A stretch of DNA of 64,000 nt from Octopus bimaculoides (lineage: Eukaryota): assembly GCF_001194135.2 (NCBI RefSeq), contig NC_068983.1, positions 145,644,778-145,708,777 on the forward strand. The letters are read 5' to 3'. The notes below the pieces were generated by a model. The model was not told the DNA's origin, did no database searches, and saw only the letters and a program-made list of their open reading frames with translations. The position numbers were made by a program, and so were the translations under genes. Of the stretch, positions 24,623-37,030 are shown one piece after another; positions within the stretch are counted from its first letter, which is position 1, and the number at the start of each line of letters is the position of its first letter.

Positions 24623-24842
24623 CCCTTTAGCATTTAAACCAGCCATATCCAGCCTAAACATTCCTCCTGTTTTATGTTCAAACTGGCTTGATCTAACCTC
24701 TCACACCTATCCTACAATGTTGTTCTAAAAATAGACAATAACATCACCAAAATCTCATAGCTATCAAACAATACATAATTAACTCAGAACAATATGAATA
24801 AATAAGCATTATATTTGGCAGAGTAATTTGAATTCTAAAGGG
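24623..24842 (+). mobile_element. piggyBac-type MITE family 1 (220 bp)
   Basis: TTAA|CCCTTTAGCATT ... AATTCTAAAGGG|TCAA. Confidence 0.85.
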
Positions 24843-25629
24843 TCAAACATTTTTTGAATGCTATGATTTTCCACAGTAGATGCTTTTAGAAGAAAAAAAG
24901 AGTTACATTTTGATACTCCTCAAACTTTTTATACTACACTAGCAGGACCTGTGAATATTTCACAGAATTAATGGTAAACTTATTGAGTTGTTTCTGAAAA
25001 CTTTATCCAAAAAGCTTAGTTAAAAAAAAAAAAAATAATAAATACACATTTCACTTACCGCCACCTCTCCAGGGACTGAAACAAGTAAAAGAATTAAGAA
25101 ACAAAAGAGAAAACATCCACTAAACTGATGTTTGAGTAGACAGCCAACCAACCATAGAATCAATGGTTCATAGTGGGGCACAGTATTTCAACTCAGTTTA
25201 GCTTTTAAGTATATATAAGAAAATGATGACAGTTCATTGTTGTAACAACAACTCTGTGTGTGGCATTATTGGCTTGGGGTGCTGAGTTCATTTCCTCCAG
25301 TTGGAAAGATCATCTGTGATAGACCTAAGCTCAATCTGTATTTGTATCTCTGTTGCTTAACAACACATGGATATGCACCAGCTATATGAATCTTTGGGAC
25401 TCAGAAAAAAGATTAGTTAGCTGACTAACGATTGAAACGTAACATGATTAGTCCAACATGTTATGCAATACTCTTCATTCATCCTTTCGATGGCATGTTC
25501 TTTACTGCTCTTTTCGAAGTATATCTTCATTTTTCTACTCTGATAATTTATATATAAAGGTTTATAACAGTATATTTCCATAAAACAGAACTTTATAATT
25601 CTGTTATAACAAGTTCCCAGTATTACCAT

Positions 25630-25677
25630 GTATGTCAAATCTATAGTGAATCTGTATGTCAAATCTATAGTGAATCT
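25630..25677. repeat. Exact 24-bp tandem duplication
   Basis: gtatgtcaaatctatagtgaatct twice. Confidence 0.95.
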
Positions 25678-25749
25678 ATATTGATATGTCTCTGATATAT
25701 TTTATCCATTCAACCATTACTTTGTTTTATTAATTTTCCATGTGCATAA

Positions 25750-25969
25750 CCCTTTAGCATTCAAATTACTCTATCAAATGTAATGCTTATTTATTTACAT
25801 TGTTTTGGATTAATCATGCATTATCTTGTAGTTTTGAGATTTTGATGATGTGATTGTATATTTTTAGAATGACATTGTCGGGTATGTGTAAGAGGCCAGA
25901 TCTGGTCAGTTAGAACTTAAAACAGGTAGAATATTTGGGTCGTATATGTCTGGTTTAAATGCTAAAGGG
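25750..25969 (-). mobile_element. piggyBac-type MITE family 1 (220 bp), inverted relative to 24623-24842
   Basis: ATAA|CCCTTTAGCATT ... AATGCTAAAGGG|TTTAA; internal sequence is the reverse complement of the 24623 copy. Confidence 0.85.
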
Positions 25970-26799
25970 TTTAACCTATCTTCCTTGTTCATGCTGTGAA
26001 TATTTTAAACTGTCCTTAATACTAAATATTTAAGCATCTTGTCTATTTTTTGTTAAATTTTTCTTATTCATTGGTACTGGATCTCCTTAAATTCCTGCAA
26101 CTTGACACCCTGTTCAAATTAATAGCGCATGTGCATGCACACAAACACATGAGCGTGTTTGTGTGTGTGTATACATCTACATTAATAATGCATTTGCATT
26201 TCTTTTTAATACTAGATGAAATGTCTACAATTCATCTTATTCATTCACATCCAGCTGTTGCATAAACAGATATCTCCATACAGTAAGCTCTACTACCTTA
26301 CACATGTTGATCAGATATTTATGTCAATTTCAATAACAGGACTGAACATGCTTTAACAGCTAATAGAAACTATGTGGCTCTATAATTTTATAACTTACCC
26401 CTGCTCACTGCAAACAGCTTGTTTCTATTTCAACTCTTCAGTACAACTAGTTATATAACCTAACTATAGCTTCTCATCTGTCATATTTCCCTATCTTTGA
26501 TTGATAGGGTTAGTGTATAAATCAAGTGACTAGTGTCTGGTGGATTTATAACCTTTTGTTTGTGTTTCCAATCTGATTAACAATTGCTTGCCAATTCTGG
26601 TGACTATCTGAATAACTTATGCTAAGAAGTGTTGTTTTATGAGCTGAGAAAAAAAACAAAAAAACAGGTTTTTAAATGGAAAAGGGTATCTTAATGCAAC
26701 AAGAAATAAAAATGGGTAGTTATCATTGAATGAAACTTATAAAGAGGCTAGCAAATGAGCATGTGATTTGTGAGGACTTTTAGTCTTGTCAAAGACATG

Positions 26800-26985
26800 A
26801 TACCTCTCTCGAGCTGGTACCATGGGAAAAGTACCACAGTATGCACTATAAAGTGGTTAAAGTTAGGAAAGGCATCCAGTCATAGAAACTAGTCTCAGTG
26901 TACAGTACTCCAACTGTGATGATCCATCATTCAACTCATGCCAGCATGGAAAGTAGATGTAAAATGTTAATGATGATGACAATTA
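26800..26985 (+). mobile_element. Diverged RTE 3' tail
   Basis: ttaggaaaggcatccag ... catgccagcatggaaagtagatgtaaaatg. Confidence 0.6.
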
Positions 26986-28566
26986 GTTTCTATTGCTGTA
27001 GCTCTACATCTGAACTGAAATTTAAAGTATTTTGTAATATACTTAGCTTTATCTCGGCCAGAGCTTCAGTTGTACAATATGTGGCATATAAAGTGTTACA
27101 ATAGGTGCAGTATTTGTGAAGTTAAGGTGATTGATTATTAAAGATATAGTGATAAACTCAAACCAACCACTGGTGACTATTATATTGTTTCCGGAGGCAA
27201 AGCACATTACTTTGCTTGCTTCTGTCTGTCTGGTTTTGATAATAGGTTTTACTTCTACTGAATGGCTGAGTGGTTAGAAGACTGGAAAGTCAGCTGTGAA
27301 AACATTTTCTCAATGACATACAGGTGTCAACATTGTAAAATTTATCTCATTCATACTGAAATAACAGTTGTTATGATGGAAAAATGTGTTTATATGAACC
27401 TATATAACAAATAAATAAATAAATAAACAAAAGAAATCAATTTGTATTTTCTATTTTATTCTTGACTATTTTAATCTGGACTATAAGTCCATATCAGTGT
27501 TATATTCTCTGCCCTGCAAATATATTTTGGATATTGTAAAGCAATTCCTACATATACAGCTGACTTTATTCTTGCTGTGACATTGTAAAAAGAATAAAGT
27601 TGTTACTGTTTCTTGTTTGCTTCTTGGCAATGTGGTCAGTTCTGACCATATTGACCATATGGTGTGTGACAATAGGCATTTATTGGTGACAAGCTTAAAA
27701 GCTGCCTGATGGGGTGGCTTTTAAGCTAGCTCCTGTGGTGGGCTTTTCATTGGGTCTTGGCCCCCAACAATGACACTTCATGCATTGAGTACATATTAAA
27801 TTTTATTAAACTTGAACAATATTTTTCAAGTAATGAACAATTTTCATCAAAATAATGATATAATTTGTTGACTTGGAACTTATTGCAAAGCTGCATGATA
27901 AACAACAGTACCACCACCATCGTCACCACATCTGCCATACACACACCATTCAGACTTCTGATGCCACCACCATCAATACCTTTGACTTTGCCACCTTCCC
28001 CTCCACCACCATCAACACTGTCTTTCACATCACTTACTCTCACTATCATCTCTGACTGCCTCGGCCACCACCATCATCACCGCTGCCTCTGTCTCTATCA
28101 CAATTACAGCACATACTATCACCCCATTATCATTGTTCAGTATGTTGGTTCAGTGTTCAGTCCATCTTTCTCTCACATACCCACTCTTTCTCTCTCTTAT
28201 TACTTCCGTTGCTACCATCAACACTACTACTTTTAATAAAAACAGTGTCAACTCTCCCTAAATTTCTTTGTCTCTCTTTTTCTCTCTCTCTTTGCCACCA
28301 CCCTCACCATCTTTATGCCTACTATTACTCTCACTCCACTATGAGCAATAGTAGAAGTGTCATTGTATAGTGAAAGAGGAGGGGTTGAAGTGACACTGAC
28401 ACACACAAATTAGTTTTCACATTATATTAGATAGGCTAACTTATTAATTGGACAACATATGGTCTTGCTCCTTTTTTTCTTAAGCAATTCCCACCCTCTC
28501 CCTGCTCCTTTCTTCTTTACAGTATTTGCCTTGAAGTCATATATGCATTGCGTTTGTTAAATCTTA

Positions 28567-28606
28567 TTGGTTAAACTATATACACCTTGGTTAAACTATA
28601 TACACC
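28567..28606. repeat. Exact 20-bp tandem duplication
   Basis: ttggttaaactatatacacc twice. Confidence 0.95.
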
Positions 28607-28686
28607 TATCTTTGACTTTGAGTGGATCATAACAGATGTGTAAACATTAAAAACAGCTTTTCTTTTTTCTTTAACAAATATTTCAG

Positions 28687-28739
28687 GTCTTTGATGGTAT
28701 ATATCCCATAGTCAATATGTTTGGCGTAGTTCTATCTCT
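28687..28739 (+). other. Candidate 53-nt non-coding (5'-UTR) exon
   Basis: Long pyrimidine tract and tttcag acceptor ending at 28686; GTAAGT donor at 28740. Splice signals only. Confidence 0.35.
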
Positions 28740-29226
28740 GTAAGTGATCATAGGTGTAACAAATAGATCAGCTCAGAGTTTATTGAATTTATACTACTTA
28801 TCTGACAGTTATTGCATTAGTTTATTTTGTCTTGTACCTTGTTGTGGAACCATTGAGATTCGTATTCCAAACCCTGCAGTATTTTTTTAGTATGTTTAGT
28901 TTGCTATCATGTGTTTTAGTTTACATACATAGCATTGTGACTGTTTCTGTTTGTTGAGAGGCTGTCAATTTTAGATGGTGAGTTAAAAAACAGGTGTAAG
29001 GTATGTTCACTTTTCTGCAATTGATACTAGTTGTTGCCTAGTAAGATGTAATATGGATTCTTGATTGGTAAATGCGCAACACCTTGTACAAGGCATATGT
29101 GTGTGAAAATATAATCTACAATGATATTTAGAAAGAGATGTGTGTGTGTGTGCAAGTGCATGTATGTGTGCATGTATACACATATGCATATACAGTGAAA
29201 ACCTTCTAATCACAGATGCTGTCAAG

Positions 29227-29275
<49 letters not shown>

Positions 29276-29548
29276 TTTCATCATTGTTTAACGTCTGTTT
29301 TCCATGCTGGCATGGGTTGGACAGTTTGACTGGGGACTGGCAAGTCAGGAGGCTGCATCAGGTTACAATCTGATCTGGCAGTGTTTCTGCTGCTGGATGC
29401 CCTTCCTAATGCTAGCCACTCCGAGAGTGTAGTGGGTGCTTTTTACATGCCACCGGCACGGGAGCCAGTCAGGCGGCACTGGCATCAGCCACATTTGGAT
29501 GGTACTTTTTACATGCTATCAGCACAGAAGCCAGTGCGGGTGGGAGTG
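29227..29548 (-). mobile_element. RTE 3' UTR with about two hairpin units and a long (CAT)n tail
   Basis: tttaacgtctgttttccatgctggcatggg...ggatgcccttcc...ggtgctttttacatgccaccggcacggg. Confidence 0.9.
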
Positions 29549-30939
29549 GGGCTATTGTTATTAAAATTGCATCATTCTAATGATAATCACACAGACACTC
29601 ACACAGACACATACACTCAAATGTGTATGTGTGTGTGTATGAAATAAAAAATTGAAGATTGGAGTGCATTATTAATATTAAATAGTTCACAATTGTTTCA
29701 ACAAGCCCATGGTGACTAATCTTGTGTCATGTTTATAAACATGTCCATTATTAATTATCTTGTGATATATGCTATAAAAAACAATATTGTTTTTATAAAA
29801 AGTTTGGATGAAACAATTTCCATGGATGCTATGGAAATAAACTGTATAGCATATATTACCAGATCCATTAATAACAGACATGTTTATTAGCATTATGCAG
29901 GGCACCATGGAATTGTTGAAACAATTGTAAACTATGAATTTAAAATTATATTGCAACCTCCACTCTTCAATTTCTCTCCCCCTCTCTCTCTCAGATGGCA
30001 AACTGTGGATGTAAAAAACTGTTGATGGGGAAAATATGTTTTTTGTAGACTTCTCATATAGACTTTTGTAGACTTTTCATAGTATAATAATTATAACTTT
30101 TATGTATTCCATTATGTTAAGTAACTAACCCTTTTTTATGCACATTCATTTCTTTTGTGTGCTAATTACAGAATGTATATGCACACACATAATGTAAATG
30201 AAAACAGTGCATAACTGGTATTTTTTTCCTCCCAAAATTTCATTTCTCGTAATTATGGGTGTTCATTATACATAAGTGTGTATAATATACAAATAACTAC
30301 AGTAGCATCTTTCTTAGCAGAACGCTTTGGGAGTATTTTCACTGACTTGACAGGATATTTTCAGTTGTATGTAAAAGCACATTCAGTTTGTTCCCTTTAT
30401 GCATTCCAGTTACTTTACATTCAAACCCTTGTGGCCAAGTGCATTACATATAAATAAGTCTTCATGCGGACCTGTGTCTTATTTATGGGTTCTGAAAGAA
30501 CGTAGTAACACAAACCTTCAGATATCTTAGAAGTTTACCACAAGGTAAATATATGCATATTTTCTTGATATGTGTATATTTAAGATACATAATTTTCATT
30601 TATTTATTTCACATAGACAGTAGGGCGCTATTTAAGCTTGCACTCTACTGCCATATCTGTAGTCTAGCATGTGAAATGACATGATTTATATTAGGGTTTA
30701 GCATTGGGGTCAGGTTTTAGGTTTAAGGTTAGACTGTACACTTAAATGTAAATGGCCAGGTAGATCACAAGCTAAAGCAGCACTGACATTAGTCATATAT
30801 CAACTAATTTCTAATTTCTAATGACTGAGTGAATAAATCCTTTGATTTGACAAATTAAAATTTACCCCTTGAGGTTCATGCATGTCTAGTTATCACTCCC
30901 ACCTTCACCCCCAGACTCAGTATGCATAATATGCAATTA

Positions 30940-31560
30940 TATGAATACACATTTATATGAATTCACGTGCGTGTGTGTGTGTGTTTAGTATATGTGCATG
31001 TATACATACATAAATATGTGAATGTGCATATGTGCTTTGTGTATAGATATGAGTGCTTATATGTGGATATGGTTGCATATGTATGTGCATCCAAATATAA
31101 AAGAGGTGCAGAGCCAAATCAACAGGCATATAGTGATGTACACACACACAATTATAAAATTGTACATATAAGCATTTGTCTAATGTAGGTATTAGTTTGT
31201 ATATTTTCATGTACACGGATAAACTGACAGACACAATACAAGCATGCAGATACATGTCCATAAGAGTGGTCAAGCAGAGAGATTTATAGATATGGCTAGT
31301 TTGTTAAGTAGATTTATACACGAATATATACGATTATAAATTTGATAGTATTTACATATCTATGTATATACCTTTTCTCATGTGCATATAAATGTGTCTA
31401 TGTATGTATGTATGTATGTATGTATGTATGTATGTGTGTGTGTGTGTGTGTGTTTGTGTATGTATGTCAACACCGACCTACCTATGTGTATACACTTGGA
31501 AAAATATGCATATTTGCAAATATTCCTGTGTATGTAAGCATACATACACTTCAGACATTC
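30940..31560. repeat. About 600-bp alternating purine-pyrimidine low-complexity tract (TA/TG/CA, TATG)
   Basis: Directly visible; explains several spurious ORFs. Confidence 0.85.
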
Positions 31561-32334
31561 ATTACATGATTAGTAGCTCTCAGGATATTCAGTATGGCAA
31601 TAATAAATAAATAATTGCAGTCTACTTCTGAATTGAGTGATTTTTCTTCTTGGTTGCAAATTCAGAGGTACACACAGACACATGCTCACACAAGTGAGCA
31701 CACACACATGCATATGGAGTGATTCAAAAGTCCCTTTAGTATCAGTATGAACTGGCTAACCATCAAGGTCGTTTGAACTTCTTAATGTATATCTTATCTT
31801 CTCTCTCTCCTTATGTCTCCCTATCTCTGAAAAGCATCTGTGCGGATGACACCTACTGTAGAGGGAGACCTGTGAAGACAGGAGACATACTGATGACTGG
31901 TTTCATGAGGTTGAACTTCTCGAAAAGAAATGACAAAGTCTGCATCTAACAAGTGGCAATCAAGCATGGCAAAATAAATGTTAAAATGGTAGTGAGGGAT
32001 AAAGATTTGGATTTAGATTTATCTGCTTGGAACCCCATCATTAATCTTCTCCCTACCTTATGGCTATACTTTTCCCACATTCCTGTTGCTTGTATGATGA
32101 GGGATGTTATTGAATCTCTCTGTATCCAATCCCCTCATCCTCCCATTGTTACTCTTTATCTCCATTATTGCTTTTATAATGAGAAATGGTACCTAGGCCT
32201 GTTGATGTTCTGTTATTACTACCATAAGCTATCACTGCCTTTCTCCGATTACTCTCTTTCTTATCACTTACTGATATCCCCCCCTCTCTCTCCATCACTC
32301 ATTCTTGCCATCCTCCATCTTTATTACTATCCCT

Positions 32335-32376
<42 letters not shown>

Positions 32377-32936
32377 ATCATTCATTGTTGACATACACCA
32401 TTCTCCCCCCCCCATTACTTCCTTGTCTACTACTCTTCTATCACTCCCCCCCTCATCACATCCCTCATGGTGTTTCTCTATTCATTCTCTTTACTAGCAA
32501 TCAACATATCTGTTGCTACTTATCACTGTGTCTCTTCCATTACTATTCCTTTATTCCTCTCTCACTTCCTAGTCTTTTCCCTCCATCTTGATCCCTCTTC
32601 TCTCACTCTTTTGCCTTGGATTTCTCTCTTTTATCAGAGAGAGAGAGAGAGAGAGAGAGCCCTTTGACCTTGCCAAAGACAAAAATGACCTCTAGTGATG
32701 GAACCATAAGGTGTACCCAGAATGATCTGTTTAGTGGCTGGTGTTGGGAAGAGCAAAATGGAATGTATAGGCAAGTTGTAGTACCTGACCTGTCTAAGAA
32801 GTTACTTCAAGCAAGAATTGATTATAAGCAGCATGGAAAGTGGACATAAAATGCCAAGTGTATGTGCTTGCACACATGTATTTTTATTACTCTTTTAAGT
32901 TACTGGACTGTGGTCATGCTGAAGCATTGTTTTGAA

Positions 32937-33098
32937 GGTGCAGGAGTGGCTATGTGGTAAGTAGCTTGCTTACCAACCACATGGTTCTGGGTTCAGTCCC
33001 ACTGCGTGGCACCTTGGGCAAGTGTTTTCTACTATAGCCTCGGGCCGACCAAAGCCTTGTGATTGGATTTGGTAGATGGAAACTGAAAGAAGCCCATC

Positions 33099-33132
<34 letters not shown>

Positions 33133-33282
33133 TTCTGTGTCTGTTTGTCCTTCAACATCGCTTGACAACCGATGCTGGTGTGTTTACGTCCTCGTAACTT
33201 CGCGGTTTGGCAAAAGAGACCGATAAAATAAGTACTAGGCTTACAAAGAATAAGTCCTGGGGTCGATTTCCGCGACTAAAGG
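32937..33282 (+). mobile_element. Young SINE: head D + (TA)n(TG)n + 3'-truncated tail X
   Basis: CpGs retained (cgggccgacc, ccgatgctgg, gggtcgatttccgcgac); ends at gactaaagg. Confidence 0.9.
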
Positions 33283-33468
33283 ATGATGATGAGTGTTATA
33301 CTAGACACTGTTAGCACCAGTCTAAAATTAAAAAGAGAAGTTGCTCCACATTTTTATATAATGTCTAATAGTGTTATCCTTTACTCACAAATCCCTTCTC
33401 TATTTATAGTAAGAACATTCATAATAAGTAAATTACTAGAAACATTCTAGAGTTTAGAAAATTTTGTT

Positions 33469-33535
33469 TGGAAAATGTATTTAATATAAGCCATATACAG
33501 TGTGGAAAATGTATTTAATATAAGCCATATACAGT
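33469..33535. repeat. Tandem duplication with a 34-bp period
   Basis: tggaaaatgtatttaatataagccatatacagt at 33469 and 33503. Confidence 0.95.
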
Positions 33536-33659
33536 AAGTAAAGTGAGAGCCAACAATGATGTCAGCAACAAATTTGATGTGAGGGTAGGAGGAGTCCATT
33601 GAAGTCCAGTCCTCCTCTCCTATTCATTATAGTTTTATAAGCAATCAAGCAGAGTTTAA

Positions 33660-33757
33660 CCCTTTAGCATTTAAATCATCCATTACCTTCCCAAATATAC
33701 AACCTGTTTTAATCTCTTTTCAGTTCCACCCTATCCACTCACACCTTTCCTCTTTAA
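33660..33757 (+). mobile_element. Partial piggyBac-type MITE family 1
   Basis: TTAA|CCCTTTAGCATTTAAA left end only. Confidence 0.6.
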
Positions 33758-34968
33758 TGTGAGTAGCTGTGTAGCTCTTCTACAGCAAGAAACCTGCTCT
33801 ATTCTGGCACTCCCTCTCTCACTTTAACCCCCTCGTCTCACAGCACAAGGATGCCTCTTTCTCTACTGTAGCCCCTCTCAGTTGAACTTGTGGCACAAAC
33901 AGTCTTGCAGGCTGTTTGTGCCACAAGGAAAAAAAAAATGTATGTGTTAAGTGGCTGGCATTATTAGTAAGGGTGTTCAGTCATAGAAACCATGCTAAAG
34001 CAGACATTGGAGCACGATGTTGTCTTCAAACCCATCAGATCCTGCCAACCCTCCAACTCATACCAGCATGGAACATGGACATTAAATGATCATGATTTAT
34101 TGTAATATGGATGGATGAACATATGTTTGAAAATTCATTGTCATTTATTAAAGGTTTACTTTGGTTCTCTTATATCCTGTGAGCAATATGTTAGAATTAT
34201 TTGTTTAAAAATAACATAATTTCCATTAAAAATTTTTTTCTTTTGAGCAAGCTCACAAAACTAAATTGTATGAATGTTCATTATCCTCTACTTGCAGTCA
34301 TTATGTCTTGTACTTTACTCAAGCTTGTCTGTACTTGCTGAGTCTTATAGAACTGGATAATCTTTGGCATTTAGCCACAAATTTGTAATATTTTGTAAAA
34401 GTCATAATTGATTGAATTGACCCAGTATGTTGAAATAGACATCTTTGATGTGAACATGTAATCAGGGCCTAGTAAGAGGGCGCTCAACCAATACATTGGC
34501 CAGGAGCCAAGAAAGGACCCTTGATTCCCTTTTAAAAGAAAAAAAGAAAAAAAAGCACATCATAATTCCTTGAGTTTTTAGACCCTCATCCTGCTTCTTG
34601 GGACCCTGAAAGCATTCTTGTTCCACTTTGTGAAATATCTCTTGGCGGTTATGTATATCATACAAATATAAACATTATAATGACAATAAGAGTTGGGTTC
34701 CCACTATGCACTACAGAGAACATGAAAACATGAACAAACCACAAAAGTATGACATGGTATTGATTGCAGTAGCAGTTCCAATTTTTAAAAAGTTTTGCTT
34801 TCATTATTCTAGTCAATTGATAAGTTGGAGCAAACGAATGGTTAATGTTTAAAAACTGGTTAATGTTTTCAAAATATAAGAGGTATAATGACTTTATAAT
34901 CCATTGAACAGAATCTCTAAAATCCATTTTAATGGCTTGTATTTTTTCTTTCTTTGCAGTTCTTCAAC

Positions 34969-35133
34969 ATGTCCTGCAATTCTTCCAGTCTTGGAGAAGT
35001 ATCAGGAGAAAAACCATCAACTGCAACATTACAGGCTATCTCAGTACCACACTCTACAGCTGATGGATCTATTGGCACTGAGGGTATATCTTGGAGTCTT
35101 GATGCTATCTTACCAGCAGTACATGGCACTGAG
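34969..35133 (+). CDS. First coding exon of an unnamed multi-exon gene (exon 34960-35133, ATG at 34969; MSCNSSSLGEVSG...PAVHGTE)
   Basis: Polypyrimidine tract plus CAG acceptor ending at 34959; donor GAG|GTTTGT at 35134. Open frame ends in phase 0, matching the phase-0 start of the exon at 56184. The start codon is inferred; frame is also open from 34960. Confidence 0.7.
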
Positions 35134-36824
35134 GTTTGTAAAATATGTTTATTGTGTGTATGTGTGTGAATAATGTGTCTTGGATGGCACAACAATGCAC
35201 TCATTTTTGATAACATGCTCATGTATTATTTATAAAAAAAAAAAATTAAAGAAAAATAAAACAGGAAACTGCATGTATAATACGTAACTTAGAAGCAGCG
35301 CTACAGATGTGCCAGCACACACAGGCTTGAAACATGACCGCCCTCATGCACTTCTCTTGAGGAATTCCGAAAGGAGCTTCTTGGAGACACTTCCGGTAAA
35401 AAAAAAAACCCGTTGGAAAACCGATTATAGCAGTGACTCGATCAATTCCTAGGGTTGTCTGAAGAAAGAATTTTTGTATTCCGAAATATTACATCAGACT
35501 AGGGATGGTTAAATTACAACAGTTATTATAGTCCATTGATGTTATTATAGTGCATTGTTGTGCCATGCAAGACATTATATTTTACAAACAATACACAATG
35601 CTTCAAGCGAACTACAGTACACTCCTATATATATATAAATAAATATATATATATATAAATAAAAAATCTTCTGTCCATTTTCTCTCTTCTACTTTTTTTG
35701 TGTATCTTGAGGATACACCCTGATAGCTCATCACTGCCATTTTTAGCTCTCTTTCCAGCTACTCCCACCCACTACATAATGATGGAAATCCATGTATCCA
35801 CTATTTCCTTGAAATTTTAAACCTCTTGAGTTAGGGTTGTGCATTATATATGAGAACTAAATGTGACCCACTTTTTCACTGGGTCAATATGACAAGAATC
35901 AAATTATATCCATTATCCAGACCAATTGATGTGTAGCGAAGAGTTTAAATCACTATATTAATTTTGGATTTCTCTATGGTAGTGGTTATATATATTAAAT
36001 GTTTATTATATTGTAATGCATCTGTATGTAATAAAGATTTAAATTTTTATGTTGCTGTTGCACACAATGTTTACAATAGTCATCATGCTTTCCAGATTGG
36101 AAATTGCTTTGATGAATGTCTAATTAACTACAGCAAAATTGTGCTCATATTTATTCATATAAAGTAATCAGAAAATAAAAATGACATTGGTAGCAATGAA
36201 ACACTGTTTATATTTTTATCTAGAAAGAAATTCGTGCTATAAATAGATACTATCTACTTAACCATGTCAGCATGATTTATGTCACACAAAATTTACATGC
36301 ACAACACTGGATGGAATGGCTTAAAATGTTTTTACATTTTCTGACATTTTTTTGAATGTTACATTTCAATTTAAGATTATGATGTTAAAAAGAATTGAGA
36401 AAACAATTTTTTTCTTTAATTAAATTAAATTAAAAGTTTCCTTCCACTCCTTGTAGCTTTTTCATTTGTAATTTTTTTTTTCCAAAAAATTTCTTTAAAT
36501 TTCTATTTTGAAACATTGGATATTACAATTCTAGAAGCTGGAATACACAAATTTTATTTTTTTATAATCTAACAAACATTTCACTCTTTCCAGTGTCTAT
36601 GAAAGTAGTAATGCACAGGATATCTTTTTTAAAAATTTTTGTTTTTAAAGGGTTATATTTCTTAAGGAGGGGCAAGATTAAAAATTGAATTTGTACAATA
36701 TACAAACACATATGTTCAATATTTGTAGGATTCACAATCATTGTGTTGACAGTTATTTCTTCTGAAGGAAAAAATTAATTTTTTTTTCTTACCTATATTT
36801 GTGCAAATATATATAAAATAGATT

Positions 36825-37030
36825 TCAAATTTTGGCACAATGCCAGAAACTTTAGGAGTGGAGATAAGTCAATTACACCGACCCCACTGCTCAACTGATA
36901 CTTATATTGACCCTGAAAAGATGACAGGCAAAGTCATCCCTGGTGGCATTTGAATTCAGTATATAAAGTTGGAAGAAATGCTGCTAAGCATTTTGTTTTG
37001 TATCATAATGATTCTGCTTGGTCTCTGCCC
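36825..37030 (-). mobile_element. tRNA-derived SINE family E
   Basis: Reverse complement of the 670-895 copy. Confidence 0.7.

Noticed and set aside
27865-28236. 123-aa Pro/Thr/His-rich ORF
   Set aside because: (CAC/CAT)-rich low-complexity sequence without convincing splice sites.
30685-30733. Interstitial telomere-like GGTTAG/TTAGG run
   Set aside because: Too short and degenerate; no true (TTAGGG)n array.
31888-31930. CTGATGA...GAAA as a hammerhead core
   Set aside because: No stem II pairing and no NUH with matching stems.
31953-32591. 212-aa ORF
   Set aside because: Leu/Ser/Pro/His-rich translation of CT-rich low-complexity DNA with a GTG start and no splice context.
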